From the IMG/VR virus record IMGVR_UViG_3300022198_000005: a DNA stretch of 20,000 nucleotides. One strand, 5' to 3'. How positions within the stretch are numbered: the first letter of the stretch is position 1; each line of letters begins with the position of its first letter. Below the pieces are notes generated by a model, which was not told where the DNA came from, searched no databases, and saw only the letters and a list, made by a program, of their open reading frames with translations. Positions 9,387 to 16,877 of this stretch are shown here, in pieces. Source of the stretch: an uncultured virus (IMG/VR IMGVR_UViG_3300022198_000005). Lineage: Duplodnaviria > Heunggongvirae > Uroviricota > Caudoviricetes. A program made the translations under genes and the position numbers.

Positions 9387-10618
9387 AGTTGTCCGCTAAA
9401 GATGTACTTGTTCGTGATGTTACGAAAGTCTGACATCTCCTTTGCCTTTGGTACACATATCCCACATCCGCAGTATGAGTTAGGACATACCACAGTAGGA
9501 GTACGACCTGCATCAAACTGGGCTTGGAGCCATTCAAGGTAATCATCTGACTTGGTCAAAGAACAGATCGGACCTTTTCGATCTGTAGCCTTTTCTTTAG
9601 TAAACTTAGACAAGTCTACGTCTGGCATGGGAGTGCCTTCGATCTTTGCCATACATGTCTGATGGTGATAGACTGCATCTTTATCTTCTTCGATATGTAA
9701 GAAGAACCAATTTACCATGCAGTGATAGTCTTTAAAGTTAGACTGCTCGATGAACATCACGTCATCTTCTTTGCCATCATTCTTTACTGTCATGCATCGG
9801 CCGCCACAACACATCCGACCCATCTTTCTGGCTAAACCATCTTGGTCAAGTGAGATTGCAGGAGGCTTCCTTAACTGTACGTCCTTGATAGGGATACGAG
9901 TGACTTGTTCGTTCTTTGACTGCCAATGCATCTTGATGTATTGCATCTGATCTTTCTCATAGACCTGAGTCGTACGTCGCATCTTACCGTCAACGTCTTC
10001 AAACCATTCTGACTTAAACTTATTATCGTCTCCAATAGTTCGAGGGATGTAAGGGATCTCATTAGGCTTGAGGAAGTTTTCGATCAAGTCCACACACTCA
10101 TCAAAGTAATCAGCATGCATCATCACGTTGACCTTTGACATCTTCTTACGTGCTTGGTTCTCTTTTAAGAATAAGAGGTTCTCACGTACCAAAGCTTTCT
10201 GTTTATCGGTGCCTTCACAATGATAAGACACTGTGATCGTATTCATGTGATCGAGCAAGAACTGACCTCGTCTCTTGCTCCATGTTCCGTTAGTCGTGAG
10301 GTTCAACTCCATATATGGGTAGTTTTCTCTCAAGTATGGCACTAAGTCATAGAATGCAGGGTTGACTGCAGGTTCTCCACCTGTAAATGAGATCTTGCAT
10401 GTCCAGTTACGATCTGCTCGATGAAAGTCATCATAGATCTTCCAGTACTTGTCGATAAAGTCTGCTGTCTTCTTGTACTTTTCAAATGAGTTAAATGGTG
10501 CAGTTGTAGAGTGCATCCATCCAGTGCAGTATGAGCAGTCATAGTTGCATCGACGACCAAGGTCCCATACAACCATCTTTGTTGGTTTGTGTAACTCAGA
10601 GTAGATATAATCAAGCAT
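9383..10618 (-). CDS. Radical SAM protein with Cys-rich C-terminal extension (411 aa)
   Basis: WDLGRRCNYDCSYC, FTGGEP, LTTNG, VSYH. C-terminal MCCGGRC, HCMVNW, HQTC, CPNSYCGCGIC. Confidence 0.92.
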   Translation of the reverse strand: MLDYIYSELHKPTKMVVWDLGRRCNYDCSYCTGWMHSTTAPFNSFEKYKKTADFIDKYWKIYDDFHRADRNWTCKISFTGGEPAVNPAFYDLVPYLRENYPYMELNLTTNGTWSKRRGQFLLDHMNTITVSYHCEGTDKQKALVRENLLFLKENQARKKMSKVNVMMHADYFDECVDLIENFLKPNEIPYIPRTIGDDNKFKSEWFEDVDGKMRRTTQVYEKDQMQYIKMHWQSKNEQVTRIPIKDVQLRKPPAISLDQDGLARKMGRMCCGGRCMTVKNDGKEDDVMFIEQSNFKDYHCMVNWFFLHIEEDKDAVYHHQTCMAKIEGTPMPDVDLSKFTKEKATDRKGPICSLTKSDDYLEWLQAQFDAGRTPTVVCPNSYCGCGICVPKAKEMSDFRNITNKYIFSGQL

Positions 10619-11171
10619 TTGTATATTTTGAGAACCAGTCTCGTTGTTTCAATAGGTCTTTCTGCTGATTAAACAGGTAGACGGGGTAAGGCTTTTCGTC
10701 CTTTGTCCAGTTGATAGAGCTATAGTTGCTTTTATCATAAACATCATAATCAACTTGTTCTTCGATGAATTGATCCATACCTTTATAGTACTTCAACATC
10801 CAATACTCAGGATCTTGGTCGAACTTCTTATATATGTCAGACCTATCTCCTTGCCATGACATGATGGAGGAGTTTAGTTTCGTATGAAATGTTGGTCTCC
10901 ACCATGCATGGCAGAGCGTGAATCGTTCTGTAAGGAATGAGTTGCAGTCTCCTTTGATGAGCATATCAAGGTCAAAGTAGATGTTTTGACCGTCTCTAAA
11001 CTTATCAAAGATCTGTAACTTATTAAAGACCTGGATCTCATATCGATCTTCGGTCATCACCTCAAACGAATCATACTTTAGGTTTGAGTACGTATCAACC
11101 ATATGTTTAAGGTTGTCTACGTACCAATCATCATACTTTGTGCCAGTCTGGACACATATCACTCTCAGCAT
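10611..11171 (-). CDS. GT-A fold glycosyltransferase-like protein 1 (186 aa; start revised from 11285 to 11171)
   Basis: MLRVICVQTGTKYDDWYV, FNKLQIF, YFDLD (DxD), LNSSIMSW, GMDQFI. The N-terminus aligns with the starts of the two paralogues, and the revised start removes the overlap with the divergent gene. Confidence 0.8.
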   Translation of the reverse strand: MLRVICVQTGTKYDDWYVDNLKHMVDTYSNLKYDSFEVMTEDRYEIQVFNKLQIFDKFRDGQNIYFDLDMLIKGDCNSFLTERFTLCHAWWRPTFHTKLNSSIMSWQGDRSDIYKKFDQDPEYWMLKYYKGMDQFIEEQVDYDVYDKSNYSSINWTKDEKPYPVYLFNQQKDLLKQRDWFSKYTNA

Positions 11172-11209
11172 ATAGATAATATCATTGAAAACATGAATAT
11201 ATCTATATG
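11169..11209. promoter_or_regulatory. Divergent control region: imperfect palindrome with a TATAGATA late-promoter-like box on each strand
   Basis: CATATAGATA (11169-11178) and TATCTATATG (11200-11209) are perfect 10-bp inverted repeats that include both start codons. Inner TCAT/ATGA extends the symmetry. Confidence 0.6.
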
Positions 11210-11809
11210 GACATCCGATACTCCAAAGTGATGAAGTGGTTTTGGCATAATCATAGAGAGAACTTTGACCGACTACTCGAGTCACTCTCTCCCAACCAAC
11301 TCGAATGTAAACACTGGCTGATCGACGAGCTAAACCCTGTCTGGTTTAGGGATCACTCGTTAAAGATAGAGATCATAGGATCTTGGTTTGCCTGGCCTCT
11401 TGTAGACTTCTTAGCTCGTAAGTTTGACATCGAAAGGATCAGACTATACGATCCTGACCCATTCGCATGCATGGTGGCAAGAAGGTATATCGAAGAGTTT
11501 AAGTTCCCATTTGAGATACAGACATTTGAGATGTCATATTGGGACCATGAACAAGATGAAGTGGGTTGTCACTTACTCATCAATACATCAGCTGAACACA
11601 TGTATGAAACCCTTGCGACTGGCAGACAGAAATATGCAAAGGCTCCAGTCGTTGCTCTACAGTCAAATAATATGTTCAACGAAGAAGATCATGTGAACTG
11701 CGTATCAAGTGCTGAATCATTATCAAAGCAAAACGGGTTAAAAAGCATCTTATATTCTGGCACAAAGAGCTTTGATCGGTATGATCGTTACATGGTGATC
11801 GGCGTATGA
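11207..11809 (+). CDS. Class I SAM-dependent methyltransferase-like protein (200 aa)
   Basis: Rossmann-like pattern IEIIGSWFA (motif I-like), RLYDPDP (acidic end of beta2), LLINTSAEHM, VALQSNN, DHVNC, RYMVIG. Confidence 0.65.
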   Translation: MDIRYSKVMKWFWHNHRENFDRLLESLSPNQLECKHWLIDELNPVWFRDHSLKIEIIGSWFAWPLVDFLARKFDIERIRLYDPDPFACMVARRYIEEFKFPFEIQTFEMSYWDHEQDEVGCHLLINTSAEHMYETLATGRQKYAKAPVVALQSNNMFNEEDHVNCVSSAESLSKQNGLKSILYSGTKSFDRYDRYMVIGV

Positions 11810-12504
11810 ACTTCTTTTGTTTGAAGTGGGGTACTAAGTATGACGCTAAGTACGTCAATCGACTTTATGGCAGTCTAAAGAAAAACTGTCAAGTTGATTT
11901 TACATTTACGTGTTATACTGATGATCCAACGGAGTTAAGAGAAGAGATCGAGGTCAAGGACATCAGAGAACTACGACCTTATGATACTGATAGAGTCTTT
12001 ACGTATGAGAAACTCATCTTGCTTGAGAAGCATGAGAAAGGTATGTGGATCGACTTAGATGTCCTTATACATAAAGACATCACAGACCTCGTGACAAGAG
12101 ACGTAGATTCTTTCACGATGATATGGAATGATTGGAACGACTACGAGTACAAGACTGCATTGAACTGGGGGAAAGGTACAGCATGTCATGTGAACAGCTC
12201 GTTCGTGCGGTTTGAGAACGCAGAGTGGCTAGTACGATATACTCATGACAACTGGGATAAGATCGAGTTTACCTATAAGTCTCTTGACAAATACTTGTTT
12301 TATCAACACTTTCGAAAGAATAACCTAGCATTTTGGGAACCTGGTATCTTCTCTAACTATAATGTGCAAGGTCAAGTATTAAAGAACAGAGTGACCTTGT
12401 TTAATACATCCCATGTCCATGCGAATAATTTAAAAGACAGAGCGATTGAACTTCATGAAGCAGAGCCAAATGTACAGAGAATCTGGAAGTCGTACTCCCT
12501 TTGA
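11806..12504 (+). CDS. GT-A fold glycosyltransferase-like protein 2 (232 aa)
   Basis: FFCLKWGTKYDAKYVNRL, FTCYTDD, YEKL, WIDLDV (DxD), VNSSFV, SLDKYL. ATGA overlap with the upstream gene. Confidence 0.82.
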   Translation: MNFFCLKWGTKYDAKYVNRLYGSLKKNCQVDFTFTCYTDDPTELREEIEVKDIRELRPYDTDRVFTYEKLILLEKHEKGMWIDLDVLIHKDITDLVTRDVDSFTMIWNDWNDYEYKTALNWGKGTACHVNSSFVRFENAEWLVRYTHDNWDKIEFTYKSLDKYLFYQHFRKNNLAFWEPGIFSNYNVQGQVLKNRVTLFNTSHVHANNLKDRAIELHEAEPNVQRIWKSYSL

Positions 12505-12904
12505 AGGTTGGATCATCTTGTATGACAGAGTAGTCTTGTTGGCTCCTGGGAATAAAGAAGATCAGATCGAGCAGTTTGTTGATATGGGAGTAGAGGTTCG
12601 TGCTCTAGACTATAACCCTAAGTTTCATCAATACAAGCACTATGAGGTCGTTGACTTCATCTTTGACGATGTAAGTCTTAAAGCTGATTGTTTGGTTCAT
12701 TATAACTGTGAGAAGACGTACTATAAGATCAACTATACAGGTGACATCATACTCAGAGGTGATGACAGGCATAAGAACGGGGACTGTAACCCTATCACGT
12801 CATGCGAGCAGCTTATCATGCAGTACGAATTGAAAGAAGTGTATGATACTGTAATACAAGACTGTGGTAAGCATAAGCAATATATCGTATGGGGTAAAAG
12901 ATGA
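12470..12904 (+). CDS. Short, divergent methyltransferase-like protein, likely a paralogue of 11207-11809 (start uncertain: 12446, 12455, 12470 or 12518)
   Basis: VVLLAPG / RALDYNP / LVHYNCEK / ILRGDD / DCNPITSCEQL / YIVWGK are colinear with IEIIGSW / RLYDPDP / LINTSAEH / ALQSNN / HVNCVSSAESL / YMVIGV. Confidence 0.6.
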   Translation: MYRESGSRTPFEGWIILYDRVVLLAPGNKEDQIEQFVDMGVEVRALDYNPKFHQYKHYEVVDFIFDDVSLKADCLVHYNCEKTYYKINYTGDIILRGDDRHKNGDCNPITSCEQLIMQYELKEVYDTVIQDCGKHKQYIVWGKR

Positions 12905-14112
12905 CCAAATGGTTTGAAATAAATGATGTTGGAAGGGTCCAACTCGAGATCACAAACTATTGCAATGCAGCATGTCCATACTGCGAAAGAGCACTTAGAC
13001 CTAAAGATCAGCTTAATAATAGTTACATGTCTCTTGATACTATCAAGAAGTTTTTTGATCCCTATGAATGGTTAAGTCTAAATCAAATCCACCTTTGCGG
13101 TAATGTAGATGAACCGACAATCCATCCTCAACTCTTTGAGATGATCGATTATTTTCTTGGAGTAAGCCATAATAATTCTACACATATAACGATCTCTACG
13201 AATGGAGGAGCCAGAGACGAGGAGTTTTGGACTGAACTAGGTAAAGTATCATCTGCAAATAAAGTCAGCGTATTATGGGGAATCGATGGCTTAGAAGATA
13301 CTAATCATCTTTATCGAGTTGGTGTCAAGTGGAATACACTCATGCGTAATGTAAAGGCATTCATCTCAGCCGGAGGTCATGCATCATGGCAGTTTATCGT
13401 ATTTGACCATAATAAACATCAAATAGACGAAGCCAAAGCTCTCGCAAAGGAATTAGGGTTTAGACTGTTCAAGACCATATCTTCAAATAGGATTCCAAAA
13501 GAAGAACAAAGTCAAAGACCAAGCAAGATAAAACCTGAGCCAGTTAAGTTTTATAAAGAGCATGAAGCAAAAACCTTCTTGACAATACCTCCACAGACTA
13601 GGCGTGCCAATTTGATAAAGCCAGTATTTGAAAAGAAGGAATATGTAGAAAAAACTCGTGTAGATATGGTGCCAGTAGTAGAAGAAAAGAAGTCATTCAG
13701 AGTCTTTGTTCCCATACACGGAATAAAACCAAAGCTAAATACATTTAGGATTTCATTGCCTGCAAAGGGAACGCAGACGCATCCAGAAATCACTTGTGCA
13801 GCAAAGCCATGGTCTTATAAGAAACATTTTTCTCATGATGGTATCAGAGCTAACATCTATATGACGCACGAAGGATTAGTGTACCCATGTTGTTGGGTTA
13901 CTTCGAAAAGAGGACTGACTGAATTAAAACAGACGGCGTTTGGTATACCTGCTGAAGATTATTCTATACATCATAATGAGCTCGTAGACATCATCAACGG
14001 AGAGATGTGGACACATATCGATGAATCTATGGATCAACTAAGATGCGGTTATATGTGTAAGAACTCTATCGAACATGAAACGGTAGACATCAATCAATAT
14101 ACACAACTATGA
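12901..14112 (+). CDS. Radical SAM protein with C-terminal SPASM/twitch-like domain (403 aa)
   Basis: QLEITNYCNAACPYC, LCGNVDEP, STNGG, WGIDGLEDTNHLYRVG, WQFIVFDHNKHQ. C-terminal C...GLVYPCCW...CGYMC. Confidence 0.92.
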   Translation: MTKWFEINDVGRVQLEITNYCNAACPYCERALRPKDQLNNSYMSLDTIKKFFDPYEWLSLNQIHLCGNVDEPTIHPQLFEMIDYFLGVSHNNSTHITISTNGGARDEEFWTELGKVSSANKVSVLWGIDGLEDTNHLYRVGVKWNTLMRNVKAFISAGGHASWQFIVFDHNKHQIDEAKALAKELGFRLFKTISSNRIPKEEQSQRPSKIKPEPVKFYKEHEAKTFLTIPPQTRRANLIKPVFEKKEYVEKTRVDMVPVVEEKKSFRVFVPIHGIKPKLNTFRISLPAKGTQTHPEITCAAKPWSYKKHFSHDGIRANIYMTHEGLVYPCCWVTSKRGLTELKQTAFGIPAEDYSIHHNELVDIINGEMWTHIDESMDQLRCGYMCKNSIEHETVDINQYTQL

Positions 14113-14777
14113 CGAAAGTATTTGCAGTAAGGATCGGTGAGAAGTATGGTCCAGAATATGAGGAGTATATTGACTCTCTCATCCCTAACGTGACATGGAT
14201 ACATGAACCCATTCGGTATGACGTTAAGTTTCAATGGAATAAGCTGTATCCAATGTCTCTTGACTTAGACGAGCCCGTCGTGATGATCGACATTGACATG
14301 GTATTCATGAATGCTTATATGGATCTGATTGAATACCCGATCGAGAGAGGCCAGTTCATTGGTATGCATAACTGGTGGGCGACTGGCGGATGTCCTCTTC
14401 AAGGAGGGTTTCAGAAGTACTATCCTAAAGACTGTCGCTACATCTATGACAAGTTCATGAGAGACCCATCATATTGGCAACGTTATTACATTGAGAAGAA
14501 AGAAACTTCTGGGCTTGTGAACGGCGAACAGAACTTTGTATATGAGTCAGTAAATGAAAGGCTTGAACTGAAGTATTTGCCAGATCAATGGTGCACAAAG
14601 TGGAAAGCAGACCCGCAAAAAGAATGGGTAGTTAACATGAACGCTAACTACCCAGGAGACTGGCTGTACTTAGGTGAAGAGTTTAACCCTGAGATTCGGG
14701 TTCTCCACTTTCTGGGGCGGGAGCAGGTTCCGGAGCAGGTTCGTCAACCGAAGTGGGAGTGGCTGCTGCCTGTTTAG
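14109..14777 (+). CDS. GT-A fold glycosyltransferase-like protein 3 (222 aa)
   Basis: VFAVRIGEKYGPEY, QWNKL, MIDIDM (DxD), NGEQNFV, VLHFLG (C-terminal His as in GT8-like enzymes). ATGA overlap. Confidence 0.8.
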   Translation: MTKVFAVRIGEKYGPEYEEYIDSLIPNVTWIHEPIRYDVKFQWNKLYPMSLDLDEPVVMIDIDMVFMNAYMDLIEYPIERGQFIGMHNWWATGGCPLQGGFQKYYPKDCRYIYDKFMRDPSYWQRYYIEKKETSGLVNGEQNFVYESVNERLELKYLPDQWCTKWKADPQKEWVVNMNANYPGDWLYLGEEFNPEIRVLHFLGREQVPEQVRQPKWEWLLPV

Positions 14778-15240
14778 GACCAGCATGAAACATAGAGATC
14801 AATTCTAGCATATCTGTCGACTTACGCATCGCTGCTTTCCATTCACGATCGGTCGACTCTTTAATCTTTTCATGCTCAAACAAGTTGAGCTTGAACTCAA
14901 AGAACTCTTCCTTCTTATTCGAAATGTCGATGATACTTTGGATCGTGATGGTTGTAGTAGGTGCTTTATCAGCAGAATAGATCAGGCCTTCATCAGTAGC
15001 GATCTGCTTGACCAGGCCTAAAAATGCTTGACGTTCAAGACTTCTTTTCTCGTCAGTATTCTTATTGATCTTATCCACTGTAACATGTTTTAACAACTCT
15101 TGAAACTGTACCATGTTTTCATCAGCAGGGATCACTTCTTCATAATCAGTTCCATCTGGCTGAACCCATAACGTACAGACGTTTTCTCTCTCTAGATCAA
15201 CAAAGTATGCTGTTCTAAGGTTCTTTTTTTCGCTTGACAT
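14683..15240 (-). CDS. Hypothetical phage protein (185 aa) with Pro/Ala/Glu low-complexity tail
   Basis: GAGGA SD upstream of ATG 15240. Charged helical protein (EFFEFKLNLFEHEKIKES...MRKS); follows the structural genes on the same strand. Confidence 0.75.
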   Translation of the reverse strand: MSSEKKNLRTAYFVDLERENVCTLWVQPDGTDYEEVIPADENMVQFQELLKHVTVDKINKNTDEKRSLERQAFLGLVKQIATDEGLIYSADKAPTTTITIQSIIDISNKKEEFFEFKLNLFEHEKIKESTDREWKAAMRKSTDMLELISMFHAGPKQAAATPTSVDEPAPEPAPAPESGEPESQG

Positions 15241-15252
15241 ATTATAGTCCTC

Positions 15253-16260
15253 TTATGTTAAGTACACCCAAAGGTAGTTGGTTTTAACTGATGTCGACGC
15301 TCCCGATGGCACGTCTTGTGATCGATAGTCGTTTGCGTTGACAAATCGGTATAGAGTAGTTTGACCGGCGAGCTTGGTATCGATCATGCCGCTACCTCTA
15401 ATAGCGGCTCCTGTCGCAGGAGAAGTCGTAGAAACTTCGTAACGTGTACGATAGCCAACATGTGATTCGTTCGCCTCGTAGATATAATCTTGAATCCACT
15501 CAAAAAATCTACGAGCAAAGTTATTGTCTCCAAGAGGAGCAGAACTATACGGTTTAATCAAGCTTCCGTCTGACTTTACGAAAGCTGGCAATCTTCCTCC
15601 CCAAAGGCCAGTGGTCGCGTTCCAGTTTGTAACATTCAAATAATATTCCCCGGTGGTCTGAGGTTGATCTAGAGTGTTAGGGATACTTCCCGCAACATAA
15701 GCTGCAGCGTTTGCTCTCGTATCGACGTAGACTGTAGAAGCGTCCACGTTCGAAGCGCCAGTCACTGACGTAGTTGTATTAACCATATACAGGTTGCCTG
15801 CTGTCGCATCGCCAATCAGATTAGCCGCGCCTTTCTTTCCAGTAATTGCTGGATATACAAGCGTGTCAAACACGTCTTGTTTTGTCATTACTTTGATGTT
15901 TCCAGCTTCATAATAACAAGGTCTTAATGTAGTAGCATCAGTAGTGAATTTTTCAGTCCATGCTTTTCCAGTATAACCGGTAGCGGTTACGGTTTGCTCA
16001 ATGCGGTCATAAGTAACAGTAACAGTAGAAGTATCTGCAGGGTTTTGATAAGTGACTGCGTTAGTTGTATAAGCACCAGCTTGCAAACGAGTATCAGTGA
16101 TACCGTTCAAGTTTGCATCATTAGTGCTTTTACGCGATAAACTTGTACCCACTAGTGTACGTCTTTGTATTTCTGCAATCAACGAATCCAACTCGCCCTG
16201 AGTAAAAGATCTGGGTTGACCAGTTACCGCATCTAACCACATTGGTCTTCTCACTGCCAT
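15253..16260 (-). CDS. Putative virion structural protein (335 aa)
   Basis: T/A/G-rich, in the structural gene run, with three DT(R/K) motif repeats. Confidence 0.7.
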   Translation of the reverse strand: MAVRRPMWLDAVTGQPRSFTQGELDSLIAEIQRRTLVGTSLSRKSTNDANLNGITDTRLQAGAYTTNAVTYQNPADTSTVTVTYDRIEQTVTATGYTGKAWTEKFTTDATTLRPCYYEAGNIKVMTKQDVFDTLVYPAITGKKGAANLIGDATAGNLYMVNTTTSVTGASNVDASTVYVDTRANAAAYVAGSIPNTLDQPQTTGEYYLNVTNWNATTGLWGGRLPAFVKSDGSLIKPYSSAPLGDNNFARRFFEWIQDYIYEANESHVGYRTRYEVSTTSPATGAAIRGSGMIDTKLAGQTTLYRFVNANDYRSQDVPSGASTSVKTNYLWVYLT

Positions 16261-16262
16261 AA

Positions 16263-16877
16263 TTAAGCTCCTGGACTATATATTGTTTTAAGTACTGATC
16301 CGTCTGAATCTTGGATTTCAAGTGTTACTAAATTATAGAACCGACTTGAACGAATTGTTGCGGCAGTAATCATATTATTCGTGACGCTGTTCGGAGCTAC
16401 ACTAAATGCACCAGTTGATGAATCGAATAAGATGCCACCTGCACTATCTTTTTGGAATACTGACTTGATCTGTGTCGCAGTAGCTCCGCTGTAAGTGAAA
16501 GCGCCAGTACCCGAATTATAAGAGAGCGAACCAAACCCTGATCCACTTACACTTAAACTCGACTTCGCAAGAGTTTGTACTGAATCTGAAGATGAATAAT
16601 ATCCTATAATTCCACTCGCCGAATCATAATCGATACGACCGACCGCAGTACCAGAAGTAGTAGTATTTAGCGCTGAGAAACCTCCACGAGCAAGAATAGC
16701 TACTTCAATCGAATCATCAAGGTCAACTACGATCGCATCAATACGATTGATAGCAGCAACAACGTCTGAATCCCCGCCGGTGAGCAATGCAGGGTCACCA
16801 ACGTTCGTAGAGATCGTGTTGGTCTTACTTACCAGCGTTGATACTGGATCTGATAAGTTAACTATTGGTCTAGTCAT
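16263..16877 (-). CDS. Short fibre-like structural protein (204 aa)
   Basis: N-terminal VNLSD...KTNTISxxVGD...DVVAAIN pattern. Shares the GSLSYNSGTGAFTYSG repeat with the 1811-aa fibre. AAGGGAAG SD. Confidence 0.75.
   Translation of the reverse strand: MTRPIVNLSDPVSTLVSKTNTISTNVGDPALLTGGDSDVVAAINRIDAIVVDLDDSIEVAILARGGFSALNTTTSGTAVGRIDYDSASGIIGYYSSSDSVQTLAKSSLSVSGSGFGSLSYNSGTGAFTYSGATATQIKSVFQKDSAGGILFDSSTGAFSVAPNSVTNNMITAATIRSSRFYNLVTLEIQDSDGSVLKTIYSPGA

Noticed and set aside
11172..11285. 38-aa N-terminal extension of GT1 in the ORF track
   Set aside because: It would overlap the divergent gene head-to-head, and the paralogues begin at the position equivalent to Met 11171.
7884..13793. Short ORFs inside the island as possible RiPP precursor peptides for the radical SAM/SPASM enzymes
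   Set aside because: All lie within larger genes on other frames or strands. There is no free intergenic space, leader/core pattern or recognisable RRE domain.
7513..14112. 7-deazaguanine (QueE), molybdopterin (MoaA), NrdG or viperin assignment for the radical SAM genes
   Set aside because: No QueC/QueD/FolE/DpdA, MoaC or NrdD partners are in the window, and I recognised no family-specific motifs. This cannot be fully excluded without HMM searches.
7513..14700. Lower GC of the island as evidence of recent horizontal transfer
   Set aside because: This is a visual impression only and can be explained by amino-acid composition (K/Y/F/I-rich enzymes versus G/A/T-rich fibres). It needs a GC3 analysis.
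11169..14800. Recombinase-invertible segment explaining the plus-strand arm
   Set aside because: I found no matching inverted repeats at both ends and no invertase gene. The right end overlaps the neighbouring gene.
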